Assembly: GCA_032718475.1 (NCBI GenBank)
Contig: JAUCBJ010000825.1
Coordinates: forward strand, 26,301 to 90,300
Reading direction: 5' to 3'
Length of the DNA: 64,000 nt
Source of the DNA: Nemertoderma westbladi
Lineage: Eukaryota; Animalia; Xenacoelomorpha
In this document: piece after piece, positions 24,917 through 38,893 of the stretch
How positions within the stretch are numbered: position 1 is the stretch's first letter
Layout of the letters: each line of letters starts with the position of its first letter
Program-made: the position numbers and the translations under genes
The notes under the pieces: model-generated
The model's input: only the letters and a program-made list of their open reading frames with translations
Told to the model about the DNA's origin: nothing
Database searches by the model: none

Positions 24917-26353
24917 AATTCAGCTCTGGCAGTCTGGGTCTAGCTTCTCTCTCTAGTCTGCTAGTGTGCCAGCCTGGAAAAAGTCACCAAGGCGCGCACA
25001 ACGCCCGCGCACTTCATTGCCAACCAACCGCGCATTCCCATATAGAAAAATCGCGCACCCCAAGAATCTTAACCGCGCACCCCAAAAATCTCAACCGCGC
25101 ACCCAAAAAATTCAACCGCGCAACCCCCAGCCCCCGAAAATAAAAGGTAGGATAGGCCTACTGTACTGCTGTAGTTTAAATTGCGCGAGACTACTGCTAC
25201 GACTACCGCAAGCCTGACACGGGACCGGTACAATTTAGTAGCAGACTGATTGCTGCCCAAGCCCAACGAAAATCGTATAAATCGTAGGCCTACTTACTGC
25301 AATACTGTATTACACATTTATTTATTTTATTTATTTATTTATTTACATTTATTATTTGCAAAAACACTAATTATTAGGCCTATCACAATAATAGTTAATG
25401 ATTAGAAAAAATTAAATCAAGAAGTAGATAATTAAACTAAGTTGTTAGGCGCATCCGCATATACTGTACACGGACAGTTCACGTACGTACTATTATTTTA
25501 CTGTATTATTATAGTTATACTGTAGATACAGTAAGAGTATTTGAGTAACAACGTAAACCAATCTCGATGTAAAACAATCGTATGTTTTTCAAAAATGTTG
25601 ATCAGTTGTTTAAAACAAGTGTGACGTTATGCTGTTATGAAAGGTTTCATTAAAAAAATTTATATTTAAAATTGTATGCCTACAGTATATTTCTCTAGTT
25701 CAATTTTGGAATAAAAAATTTCATTGCGAAATCTAATAACTATTTACGTACATGTATAATGCGTACATGGAGTTCTTGGAAATGCTGCGACCAGAGTAAG
25801 TACGGAAACGGAAATAAGGTAGCATAATGTAATCAGGTCATACTGTATGTTTAGGTTAACCGATCACAGTTCTGAATTAAAAATGTAATGTTCTTAGTAG
25901 AATGATATACTTTTATTTGTATATTTACATTCATATTTATGTACTTTTATTTGTTTATTTAAAGGTCAGCAATAATATTAAAGGTTTTAAAAAGAATATT
26001 AGAGAATTTCAAAACATATTTTCGGCCGAAATTTCGGCCGAAATTTCGGCCGAAATATTTTTTTACATTTGTTCAGCTCTTTCATTTGATGTCATTTTCG
26101 GCCGAAATCTCGACCGAAATTTCGGCCGAAAATGACATCAAATTGAAGAGCTGAAAAATGTAATAATATATTTCGGCCGAAAATTCAGTCGAAATTTCGG
26201 CCGAAAATGACATCAAATGAAAGAGCTGAAAAAATGTAACAAAATATTCTAAATGTTAAACTAAATATCATAATAAACTATAAAACAAAATATTATTTTA
26301 AATTTCGGCCGAAAATATGTTTTGAAATTCTCTAATATTCTTTTTAAAACCTT

Positions 26354-27594
26354 TGTAAAAGCTTTTGTGGGATGTAACTGGCCCTTTTGCTTTGCAATCC
26401 AGTTCCCCCCCAGGCGCTGGAATACTCTAAAAAGCTCTCTAACTCGAATGATGCAAAGCGACCGGCTGATTGGCTGATTTGTTATACGAGGGGCTCTTTG
26501 CTATGTTCTATCGGCCAACCAGAGCTATAGCAGCAGAGTATGCAACCAGGGCAACCGAGCGGAGTGACTCATTTTGTGTGTTGGCCAAGGGCTGCAAAAA
26601 TCCTGATAGTTCGGCATTTAGATATTCGTGGAACCTGAGGAATCTGGTGTTCTGCCAATGAGAGCTATCCCTCTCTGTGTAAAAAGATACCTGCAACGGT
26701 GTTAGAGTCAGAGAGTTCTTGTTATAGTTGTGTTGTTTCTATCTAGGCCAGGAACACCGGCTCTAGAGTCAATTCGTTTCAGACTTTAGAAGAAACATTA
26801 GTAGGCTTAGATTATAGAATGTATAACTGTTATCAACCTTAACAACTCAATCAGTCTTAACGGCACATATATTGTCATATCATATCTTAACCTACCGTCT
26901 TAATGCTTTTTACTGTTGTTATTATTTTGTATCAGTTGGTTGAATATTATTTGGAGAACACCTATAAAGAACCCAAATTTCCCAATTTTCTTGATACACT
27001 ACAGGTTAGAGAGACAGGTTACATATAGCGATTGCGACTTATATTATTGTGGTTTGTAGTGAATTTAATGCTATTTGATAAGCACTACATGAGTCAATTG
27101 CTGTTCTCTTTATATATGATAAAATTCATTGACAGTCGGCAGATTAGTGTGCAGCATTGTGCGTTACCGGTAGTGTGCATGATTGTGACTGATAACTAAG
27201 CATTTCCTAAAGAATGCGCCTCATACGTGAATCATAAGCCTTCCCGACTTACAGTTGTGTTTAGTATAAGTCATATCTCTGTTTACCTAGATAGAGCGCC
27301 ACGTCCTAAAGGAACTGTTAATATTTCCCGAAAGTGAATAATATTAGTCAGAAATTATTTATTAACGATCAATCGAATAATACAGTAAGCTTACACCGCA
27401 ATAACAATCTAAGCCCTACGAATCCAGTCTCCCGGGTATATCCAGCGGGTGAATGGACGCGCACTAGGCTGGCTTCGGCTAATGTTGTGTTTCTTGGTAT
27501 TAAATACTTGTCATTTTCTAAAGTCTATTTATAAACCAAAAGACATATAAATTTTGGCAGGTTAAACTGCTAAAGGTCTTCAAAAGGGCGTACA
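26354..27594 (+). repeat. 5' LTR
   Basis: About 5 mismatches to the 3' LTR by eye. Confidence 0.97.
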
Positions 27595-27663
27595 ATAACA
27601 GTTATTGTCTTTATTGCAGTAAGCAATAAAGTTAAAAGTACCGGTCGACCGGTAAACCTGAAC

Positions 27664-27808
27664 CGGTACTGTTGTAGGTCCGTAGGCCCAACTGCCAGAA
27701 TCGGTACTGCTGTAGGTCCGTAGGCCCAACTGCCAGAATCGGTACTGCTGTAGGTCCGTAGGCCCAACTGCCAGAATCGGTACTGCTGTAGGTCTGTAGG
27801 CCCAACTG
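27664..27808. repeat. 38-bp tandem repeat x4
   Basis: cggtactgctgtaggtccgtaggcccaactgccagaat. Confidence 0.9.
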
Positions 27809-27818
27809 TCTTAACCGG

Positions 27819-28877
27819 TGTAACAGCGGATTCAGTCCCCCGAAGAATCGGTCCCCCCAGACCAGATCTGCTAGCGGATTTAGTCCCCCCGGACCCAATC
27901 CGCTAGCAGATTTAGTCTCCCTAGGACCAAATCTGCTAGCGGATTGGGTCCTCGTTCGCGGATTTGGTCCCCCCAATGTTATTGCAATAAATTCAAAATA
28001 CACTGCCAGACTGCTCCGTTCCCTTCCTTATTGTCAATGGATACAATACTGGCAGACCGGTTATTCAGTATGTATCGTGTATTGTTCTGGTTAGAAAACA
28101 TTGTGTGTAACCTGGTCCTCTCCAATTTCGTAGTACGATAAATTTATTGTAATGAGGTTATATTGTTTTAACCTTTTTATTATTATAAAATTTATCCTCC
28201 CCATCTGCAAACTATAATAATATGAATGAACATGAATGAATAACTGTTACTCAGTTGGGTTTAGGTGTAACAGCTGAACTGAATATACCTGAATATACCG
28301 AAATGACACCAACTGACCAATGACAAATCCAACCAAATACACCTGACAACTCGAACTACAGTATGATTATTTACTGTAATAGGGACAGTACAATATCTTC
28401 CTCCTCCTCATGTAATCATCCCTCATCCATAATGAATCTATAATGTTGAAATTAGCCGCTTTCCTGAGTATAGTTGCAACTTTGTTGAATTGACTGGATA
28501 TGTGTCATCTCCCGAAATATAATTATAGACGGCTTGATAAAGCTGCGTCTCATCGAAGTTGGCCATAATAGCCTACTGTACTGATGCGACTATATCAGTA
28601 TATACAGATGTGGGAATTTAGTTTAACGCAGTAGTGGTAGCTACTGCAGTTTTAATCAGTCTATAATTTAATGCATAAGCTACGCTGCTATGCCAGTACC
28701 AGTACTGCTGCACTCAGCACTGTCTGACTGTACTGTAAAATTATAATTTAAGGGGGGACTCAATCTGCGGAGGGGGGACAGAATCCGCTAGCGGATTCGG
28801 TCCCCCCGGACTCAATCCGCTAGCGGATTCGGTCCCCCCGGACCATATCCGCGGGGGGGACAGAATCCGCTGTTACA
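27819..28877. mobile_element. Ginger-like MITE
   Basis: TIR TGTAACAGCGGATTC / GAATCCGCTGTTACA; CCGG 4-bp TSD; TGT termini with a 4-bp TSD are typical of Ginger. Confidence 0.8.
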
Positions 28878-29069
28878 CCGGTACTTCCAGTATAAGTACA
28901 TTAGTATTATTCGACTTTGATTATTGTATACCGGTAGGTCTTAGTACTTAATCAGGGAACGGCCGCCCTGGTTTTTTATTGAGATTTTACTTATTTCTGT
29001 CGATTTTATTTACATGTAAGTTAATATTGAGCTGAAGACGTGTAAGTCTGCTCAGATTGTTCAGATAAT

Positions 29070-29645
29070 TGTAGGCTGGACTGTTGTCTGACTGTTGTTG
29101 AGTCTGGAGAGATTGCGGCGTGTGTGGAGTTTGTCCAATAAAGTGCCAGTTAGTAAGTTGGGGCAGCCAGGGCTGTAAGGTCAATCCCCTCTTAAAGAAT
29201 AAGTCGTACTACCGTGTTAGAACGCATACTAACTAACCATTTTGGAATCTGCACATACTGTAGTTTATTTAGGCTTGATAGTAGTCTGCCAGCGTTTTTA
29301 GTCTGTGTTTGTTTGTGTGGTCTGTTCAGGTACCGTAATAGTTATTACTCAGATATTTTGTAGGCTGGATTGTTGTCTAGCTATTATTAGGTCTGAAGAG
29401 ATTGCTGCGTGTGTAGAGTTTGTCTGATAAAGTGCCAGTTAGTAAGTTGGGGCAGCCAGTGCTGTAAGGTCAATCCCCTCTTAAAGAATAAGTCGTACTA
29501 CCGTGTTAGAACGCATACTAACTAACCATTTCGGAATCTGCACATACTGTAGTTTATTTAGGCTTGGTGGTAGTCTGCCAGCGTTTGGTTTGTATTTTGT
29601 TTGAGTATTCTGTACGGGTAGCGTAATATTTATTATTCAGAGTTT
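29070..29645. repeat. ~290-bp tandem duplication in retrotransposon leader
   Basis: tgtaggctgga...taggcttg block at 29070 and 29360. Confidence 0.85.
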
Positions 29646-30933
29646 ATGCGATTATTCGCAACATTCATGTCCCCAAGTTTATTCCTACAGTAATTGTGCT
29701 TGTTACACATACCGTTATAGTTAAATTAACCCCGGTACTACACGGGCTGCTTGGCGTAGGTAAAGACTGGTGACTTTGTGCTCCGGTCACTCCAGCAGAT
29801 GCCGTGGTTCTTTTAACTGTTCAAGTATATTTAACTACTGATTATTTGTTGTACCAGTACTTGTACCTAATTTAGGGTTTAGTGTACAGTACTTTCCGAA
29901 AGTAATTAGTGCGTAGGCAGTGTATTGTGTTGTAAAGTGGTTAATAGGCACGTTGGATCTGGTAGTCCGCGGTAATTAACTTCCAGGTAGGAACACTCCG
30001 TGATACATAACGTAGTACCTATAGCGATACGGCTATAGGTCGTCAGGCGGTGGTATTTTCCTATCTGGACAGTGCAATATATTTACTACTACTTATTATT
30101 TTCAAATACCGTAGTACCCTGTCCATTGTAATAACCAGAATTCTAACCCTTTGTTAGGCTGGTTTGTAGACTTCCTGTAAAATTACCCTAAAAATTTCGT
30201 ACGTAATATTTTGTTGTGTTTAATTAGAGATTTAATCTCACCCGTATCGTAAGTAATTTGTAGTATTAAGTAACTTAGGTAAATTAGAATTATCTGTTTT
30301 AGTGTCCCATAAGTAGCACTTCACTGAGAGCGCACAGCTTCTGTGTAGTGACTTCCCCCAGAAATAATAACATTTATTTCAAATATTGACAAAACCCATT
30401 TTAAACGGGTATATAAATATTATAAATCAACTCAAACGATTTATAAATAATAGGCCTGCCATACAACAACTAGGTCTCAATATCAGTTGGACTACTGCTT
30501 AAATAACGGTAATAAAGTAAGTTAAAGTAACCAAGTAACCCTAAAATATTCAGAAATTCAATCATTCTAAAATAATTGACATACCGGTATTTACCATAGG
30601 CTTATTATATTTATTTCTATAAATTTGGGCTGAAATCATACCGGTATTCTGTAATTAATTCTAGTTCATAATTATACTTATATATACTATAAGTGTAAGC
30701 TGCATACCGGTATTCACGATAGGCCTATTATATATTTATATATATTTGTGCTAAAATTATATACCGGTACTCTGTGACAAACCTAGTTTACAATACTTAT
30801 ATATACTATAAGTGTATACCGGTATTCTAATATACTGCAATAAATTACCGGTACTAGGCCAACGGTCATACTGAATTACTAGACTTGCTTTAACTGTAAC
30901 TATAGCAGTAAGCATTCAACTGTATAACTAAAC

Positions 30934-33900
30934 ATGTCTGACACCCAGCAAACCCTGTCAGACAGTCTAATCGATACAACCATCTGTGACACAGATAGGA
31001 GTGTGGAGCGATTAAGAAAGGGGTTCAGCTCACCTCCTACTGAAAGAAAGGTCATCCCTCCAGTAGTAGTATCAGACCCTAAGCTAATCCAACTCCGTAG
31101 GTCTATCATCGGCACTCGGGCCCAAGTCAAACGGAACCAGGAAGCATCTGTCCAACAGCAGCAACATCCTAGTCAAGAAACTTGTTCCCACGATCCGATA
31201 GCTCCAGTAGTTCGGATACTGTAGAGCTGACCCCCGAACGCGGAGTGCAGATGGCGGCTACAGCCTACTCGGATCCCCTTCTCACCCTTCCTGCCGTAGT
31301 GCTAACTACTATATTGATTGCGGTGGAGGAACATCAAGCCGATTGGGCGAGAAGTAAGCGAGGGACCCAAGATAGTTATGCGGGATACGCCAGGGAAGAA
31401 TTGATGTCTATTGTCGAGTCACAATGGAACTTTCCCGGACCCGGACTCCCGTTAGATTTGTCCGAAGCTACTTGGGAAGACATACACAGGATGGGAGTGG
31501 CTAAAGATATGATGGATCCAGCTGTTTGGAAGAGGTCAGCAGCCGGATATGTGCAGGGATTCTTCGGCTCCTTAGAGCGAATAGAAGAACAACTGTTTCG
31601 ACAACCCCAAGGACCTCAAGAGCAGGAAGAGCTGCTTTATCAAGTACGCGAAAGAACCCTACGCATTAGACTAATCCTATCAGCCTTTGAGGAAACTTCT
31701 AAAAGAAGACAGGACACGTCGCTGCAAGTTGCTGTCAAGACTTGGTTCCAGCGGGTAGGTCTCAAAGTACAAGAAACGGCCCAGTGGAAATCCCAGCTGG
31801 CTGAGAGACCAACCTATGAAGAACCAACCGATGCCACCCTTTCTCAAGGGGAAAGCGAAGAGACAGCATCAGAGAAGCCGCCCTCTAGAGACGCTATTGA
31901 CATTTATCTGTCCGACTACCAGCGATTCCTAGGAGACGAAGAGTTGAGGAGATGGCTGTCTGGACTTTCCCCTAATAGTGAAGGAGCCAAGCATGTGTTG
32001 GACGCAATCGATATTGAAATGCTAGCTGCAAACCAAGCTAAATTTGATGAACGTCTCCGCATAGCTAGAGCACAAGAAGAACAAGTAAAGAAAAGGCGGA
32101 TAGAAGACAGAAAGGCAACGGCAGTAGCAGCGGCAATGGCGGAGGCAGAAGCGGAAAGAAAAGCGACTGTAGCAGCGGCAATGGCGGAGGCAGAAGCGGA
32201 AAGAAAAGCGACTGTAGCAACGGCAATGGCGGAGGCAGAAGCGGAAAGAAAAGCGGCTGTGGCAGCAACAAGGGCAGTGGCAGAAGCAGAACGGAAAGCG
32301 TCTGAGGAGACTACCCAACTGGAGTTGGAAAATCTGCAAGAGACGCAAGACTGCATAAATAAACAGTTAACTGCTAGCCAAATGCAGATGATGAGTCGAT
32401 CTACTCCCAAACGCCAAGGATACACATCATCGGAGGAAGGCGAGACCACCGATCCTGAAGGCGGAGGAAATAGATCTCGTCTAAGCAGGCGTAGAAAAAC
32501 ATCTCACCGTCACAAATTGCCTGATTTGCCCCCAGCGGTTAGAAGACAACTAGCTAGCACAGACTTAGGTAGTACAGAACCCACAGACCAAATTATTAAG
32601 GTCAAAAGACTCCCTACCATAGTTGATGAGCCTGAAATAATTAGGCCTGTCGTTCCCAAAACCACTCCTGTGCTAGAGACCCCTGTACTTCCAGAGCTTA
32701 ACTCTAAATTCCCTTTACACAGTACTACACTGCCTGTACCCGGTAGAACAGTCCATGAGAATATCCCTGTCCTGGGCACTGAGAGAGAAATCAAGGATTT
32801 GTCTCCCGTCGTCCCGCATCGGCCCGCTACAATGTTGGCGACTCCCGCTTCGGCGGTCGAGTGGGTAGAGGAGGGACGTCAGGGGATGAATCTCCTGCTC
32901 GGACAGATGCAGGAGACTGTCCACCAACTTAAGGGAACAGTAAGGGAAGGTAGGGCAGAATTGCAAGAAGTACAGCAAAGTATCGCGCTAGAACGCGACA
33001 AATTAGTCAATATACAAAAGGGTATACCAATACCCCCAGTAACATTGTGTCAACCTGTTAGGTCTGAAGTATTACATGCGCAAGGTGTGGAGCCTACACG
33101 CATCTATACTGCTAGTGAAGTAGAAACTCCTATAGCAAACCCTATTAAGGGTGATTATAAACCTGTTGTTAATGATATTCCCTATAGACCTGATAATGAT
33201 CCGAGAAATTTATATACCGATAATTCGATATTAAATAACACGATGGCCCAAGAAAGCTTTACGCGTCAGATGGCTAGAAAAGAAGCCCGCCAAGCGGTCA
33301 AAGTGGGAGAGATCGTCAAATTCAATGGAGATGAGATGAAATGGTTACCTTTCAATGAATATTACAAAGATAGCATACAGAACTCTGTACTATCTAACGG
33401 AGAGAAACTTAGATTCCTCATCAAGTGCTTGGAAGGACCTCCCAAGTTAATGGCGTTAAAGTTCATTGGACATCCAGATGGATTAAGACAAGTTTGGGAT
33501 ACATTAAACATCAGGTATGGTAACAAGGATAACATAGCTAAGTATTTGTATGCAAAATTAGTAGCCCCCCGAAAGTTCCTTAGTAGTGGGATTATAGAGT
33601 TTTCCGATGAGATTCAGGAGATCTGTAGACAATTGGATTGGTTAGGTAAGTCTCATGAATATCAGAGTTCCATGGTTATTGGAGCCGTAGTCTCTACTTT
33701 ACCAAAGGGTGGAGTATGTACACGCTGGGACAAGAAAGTGTTGTATATGAATGAGCATCAACGACGAGGCCCTACCATGGCTGATCTCATGTCCTTCTTA
33801 GATAGTGAAGTAAAATTACAACTCATAAAGCAGTCCAGAGAGAAAACATCGGAAAATAAGGTAAGTGAGAAACCCGTTTCTAGGAGAAGGGTAACACCAG

Positions 33901-35585
33901 TGTGTTATACTGACGACGGCGAAAGCCAAGCTTCTCAAGAAGAGGACAGCGGGAAAGACACAGCAAAATCTTACTAGGACAACAAGACCTATAAAGACGT
34001 AAGTAAATATAAGTCTCGAACCAGTGACAGGAGAGAACAGGTAACAACAACTCCTCCTACATCTCCTAAGAGAATTCGCGGAAGAAAGCCCGAAGAAAGA
34101 ACGAGAGTGCATAACGTTACCCAAGGTAAAGTGAGTAACATCAAACCAAAATGTGCGCTGTGCGACGGGCCCCACCGTTTGAGTGTGTGTGCTGAATTCC
34201 TAAAGAAATCCCTGGTAGACAGACGTGAAGTCATGTGGGATAAGCGGTTATGCTATAATTGCCTCAGACAAGGACACCAACGGCGAACCTGTTACTCCGA
34301 CGTAAGGTGTGCAAAGTGCGGTGCGAAACATCACATCTTGTTACACAGTGAATTCGAATGAAACAACCCGAGTCAGGTAAGTGAGCCCGAACTACATGTC
34401 CAATTCAGTGATGTAAATGACACTGATCAAGAATCTGAGATGGAAGGATTCTATACTGACGAATTCTCCGACGCCAACGAATCCTGTTACCTAATAAATA
34501 CCGCGGTGTATCGAGCACTTACTTACGAAAAGGACACCGACAATGAGTTCCCCCCAACTACTTTTGACAGACAACCATCTTGGAAAGCTCCAACTTCCAA
34601 CGTAGGAATCAGAGAATTTCCTGTAGTGCAGGTAAGAGTTCACGGTCCTAACAAATGTTACATAGTGAACGCCCTCCTTGACTCCGGCAGCACAGGAACA
34701 TTCATAGATCAAGAACTAGCCGAAGATATCTTTGCTGGACAACCCAGATTCCGAACTAAGTTGAATATGTCCGGAATTATGCAGGTTTGGAAATCTACCA
34801 TAACGGCAGATTACTATGTAGGTGAGTTGTCCACCCCCCAGGATAAATTAGGAGCACAAAGTATAAGGTCAGTAAAAATGGTGGCTATAAAGAACTTCGC
34901 TACTACCCAAGTAGAACCTTATAACTGGGACGAGGACGAGAGCATCCAACAGCTTAAGATACCTCGATTCCAGACAGATTATCCTGGAGTGCAAATACTC
35001 ATCGGCCAAAACGCGCATGAGGCGCTCGAGACATTGGAGAAACGGCCTGCTCAACCGCAGCCACTACAAACCTATGCGGTAAGAACTAGAGTAGGTTGGT
35101 ACTTCACTGGCCCTTCCCGTAGAACTCTCAAAGAGAGATTACCTCAACAACAGGTATACCAAGTAAAAGAATGGGAAGTGGAGAGCAGTGAGGTGGACGA
35201 CCCAACTGAGGGAACACCATACTCCTCAGATAATGACGATATTAACTCCACTATAGATCAATAGAGACATTGCCTTGGGACGATTAATCCAGCCGACATC
35301 GCTTCCAGAGGAGCAACTCCTCAAGAACTGATAGATACTCCAGGCTGGTTAGGTGGATCCGACTTCTTAAGTAAAGAAGAAGAAGAATGGCCTCCTCATC
35401 TTACCACGGCGGAGATTAGACAGGCCAAGGGAGCGGAGAAAGTAACACAACAACTCAATCACCCAGCTAGTCGTTTATGTTTACTGGAAAGAGACCGAAA
35501 ACTGTCCGGAAACTATGGAAGGCAAGATACTCTTCCTACGACCACTTCCCTAATCCGACAAATATCTAGGGACTCCATAACGTAA
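30934..35585 (+). pseudogene. BEL/Pao gag-protease-(deleted RT)-RNase H remnant
   Basis: KFNGDEMKWLPF..EKLRFLIKCLEG gag; CALCDGPH, CYNCLRQGH, CAKCGAKHH knuckles; ALLDSGS protease; then RHCLGTINPADIASRG...FL..EEEWP; in-frame stops ending at 33977, 34361, 35264; no RT catalytic motif or integrase seen. Confidence 0.9.
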
Positions 35586-37218
35586 TAACATATGGAGTGG
35601 GCGTGTGACTATATCATTTTATATTTGTTTTTATTTTATATTTATGTATGTATTATTATGTAATTTTATTATAATCGTTTCCTTTAATTTTATTTAGTAG
35701 AATGTTATTTTAGTGATTATTTAGTAGATTAGTGCAATATATTAGTGTTTATTACGTACGTAATTACTTATAATATATATTTTGTGCGACGGCGAGAAAT
35801 AATTATTTTTCTCTTTCCTTACTGTCCGTATCATATTATAAATACGTGACTACAGTAAGATGAAATGTCCGTACTTATTGGAGTACAATAAAGCCACTAC
35901 TATATTCAAGTATTATTGGTAGGCAGAGTATTAGGAATGCAAAGTTCAGATCCTCGTGTCTCGGCTAAACCAAGCTCTGGGTAGACCTTGGAAACGACTT
36001 GCCTCTTCACACTGACATTGCTTCGTGCGATATTGCTCTTCTACCTTATATTAAATAATACATATAGTAGCGTGATGTCCCTCTAACAGTAGCGTAAAAC
36101 GCAAATAAATCTGTTAAACCTTTTGACCATCTGTAATTCTAGTCGATTAAGATATCGCGGCACCCACCGATATACGTGAAAGACAAATTCTAGAATCAGT
36201 GGTTAACGTCCCCAGACAAGTTCTGGAATAAATCGGTGCCCATCTTAAATATTAATTTAATATTTATTAAAATCTGTAAAATTCAGATCCTTTAAAATTT
36301 CTAGTCAATTAAGATATCGCAGTACTTACCGATACTCTTAAAAGACAATTTTATAGAATTAAGGATCCTAAGTCCCCAGACGTGCTCTGGAATAAAAATT
36401 GTGTCAATTTTAACATTAAATAATAAAATTCACGGGAATAAATTTAAATTCATATTTTAAATGAATTTCATAAATTGTCATTTTGTGCAATTTATAACAT
36501 TCCCAAAATTCCATTAATTAATAGATCATGGGAGCGGAGATTCATCCTATTGAGTGTATTAGAGTGCGAGAATCTCCAACATATAGTCAATAGCCGATAA
36601 AATTAGTAAAATCATGTATAAAGAGGATATTGACAATTAAAGAATTACTATTAAATAGCATTCCAGATCTGTATGCATGAGAATTACCCTAATTCTACCG
36701 CTAGCTTTCCATAATGTCACCATAGCAACACCCACGCTAGAATTAGAAGCAAGTTAAAAGAACAATAGAAAGCTTGTCCCATTGCATAGCATAGAGAATA
36801 CATAGCACACTGTTAGTATCCAAGGATACACAATAATAACGTGACATTCTGGAAGGCACTGACTAACGGACAAATGGCCCGAGTGTGTGTAATTTGTGAC
36901 AGTTGTGTGTATGGAATTTGTGAGTTTATAGGCGAATGTTACTACTAAGGTGTGTTTACAGTAGCGAGTCGCAATTGTGAAAGTAACCCTAACTCTCCAG
37001 TAAGAACCTGAAGTGGATTCAAGCCTTTGGGACGGACAGTGGAGGGACTTGTGCCGGCTATCGTTGTCGTGCTGTTGCTACATGTTGGCGTAAACACCGC
37101 GACGACGGTACATCGGCGCTGAGAATCCCACTGTCCGGGGGCAAAGAAAAGGTAGGCAGCGACGCCCGCTCGCCTAAACATAAACTCCTTATAATATTAA
37201 TAAACCCAAATAGCAGAT

Positions 37219-38815
37219 ATGACGGAGTTGATAGAAGATGATCTTGGTATCAGGGAGCGATATACTCTACCTTTACAAGCATTTGTGGATAGCTTGATAC
37301 GCGGTGAAGCCGATCCAACCCTTACGGAGGACGATGGTCGTTATATCGAACCGCCGATGTCCCAAGAGCAACTTGCGCGTGAATTGGACTATCGAAAATT
37401 CACCGCTCGCTATACGAATCGTAATGGTACGTATATGGACTTCTTAACTACCGGCCATCCTATCGATTTGCATGATACGGACGATGTAGACACAGAAAGG
37501 GAAATGGTTCTATTTAAATATCATACCCAGCGGAGTCGTAACGATAAACCGAGAATAGATCACGAAAATTATATTCGTAACAGACTGGGAAGACGAACCA
37601 ATATGCCTAGAATCGGAGGAGATTCAGCCTATCGCGCCCGGAACAGCGACAACGATTACATCCTAGAATGGTATCAAGGTCCACAGTGTCTCACTGCGTA
37701 CGATTATCGCCATGCCAACTATGTTTCTCGGCAAAGTTGTCGGTTATGCGCATCGAGAGACCATGTTACGCCCATGGACACAAACGTCCGCTGTTCCTAT
37801 TTCCACGAACAACCGGCGATGGAAATTTATTGCGCGTATTGCAGACTCAATAACTTGCACATTTTTGCGGTTTGCCCTCAATTTATGACTCAATGTCACC
37901 ATTGTCAACTAAAGGGACACGCCAGTTTCGATTGCCCTTTTTAATCACGATTTGGAAAGCGTAGATGAAATGATCACACTACGTTACATCAGAGCTTGGG
38001 AAGCGAACACTGATTTACATCGTGATTCGAGCCATCGTTATTATCCTGGACGCGCTTACGAAGGAGTTTATGTGTTCCATCCTTATCTATTCGCTTCTGT
38101 CGAACAGAAATCACGCATATCGAGTTACGAACTACTGAAGCGCGTCGGAGAATGTATTTCAACCAAGTTCGTACGCAAATTTCTTAGGAGTGTTAATCCT
38201 AGCGACCTTCATTCCTATAGCTTAATCAATTAGAACTTTGAAATAGACTCTATTCATTATACGTATATTTTACTATTAAATTGTGCTGTGATCTAATAAT
38301 TATATTATTGTAATTTGTAATTTATGTTAATTATGGGCCTCCAGGCCTGGATTAAAAAGAAATATATATAATATAATTATATCCGTCAGGACCCGGACTA
38401 TGGAGACTTATTTGTTAACTCACACCCCGAGTTACAGGAAGTATATCGACGGCCTTACGAATACCGAGCCCGCGAATGCGAGTTGGAAAGAACCATTAAA
38501 CCCAGGAAGTTTCTGACTGCCTATGGTCCACCCACGGCTCTCGTTCAGACCACTCGTAAAGGACCCGTAAGAGCGGCTGTCCTAAAACGCGCTCTAAAGG
38601 CCGTTAGACCCCTCTCCCCCGACGTTGATGTCAACCAACCCGGCACTTCGACCGGTGGATACACCGACCATAATCCTACACCCTCTGATGCAATCATATT
38701 GCACCCTTCACCCAGGAGTTATAGCCCTCCTTGTAAAGTGGCTCGCCCCAAAGAGAAAAAGACTCTGGCTAGCTTTAAAAAACTGCGTAAACGCCGTCTA
38801 CGTAAGAAAGACTAA
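37219..38815 (+). CDS. Accessory Cys/His-rich ORF(s) between pol remnant and 3' LTR
   Basis: CRLCASRDH, CAYC..H....C, CHHCQLKGHASFDC (CCHC); a 1-nt shift in a T-run links 37219-37944 to 37952-38233; further open frame about 38390-38815 with a basic tail. Confidence 0.6.
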
Positions 38816-38893
38816 CTGTTTAGAGTATTTACGTATATTAGAAACTGTGATTTTGTATATTTTATAGACTCAAATCCCATTTTCTGGGAGCGG

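Noticed and set aside
26470-27534. Short ORFs within the LTRs
   Set aside because: No motifs; duplicated only because the LTRs are duplicated.
33975-33977. Programmed gag-pol readthrough at TAG
   Set aside because: The stop falls before the gag zinc knuckles and two more in-frame stops follow; BEL/Pao normally has one ORF, so decay is more likely.
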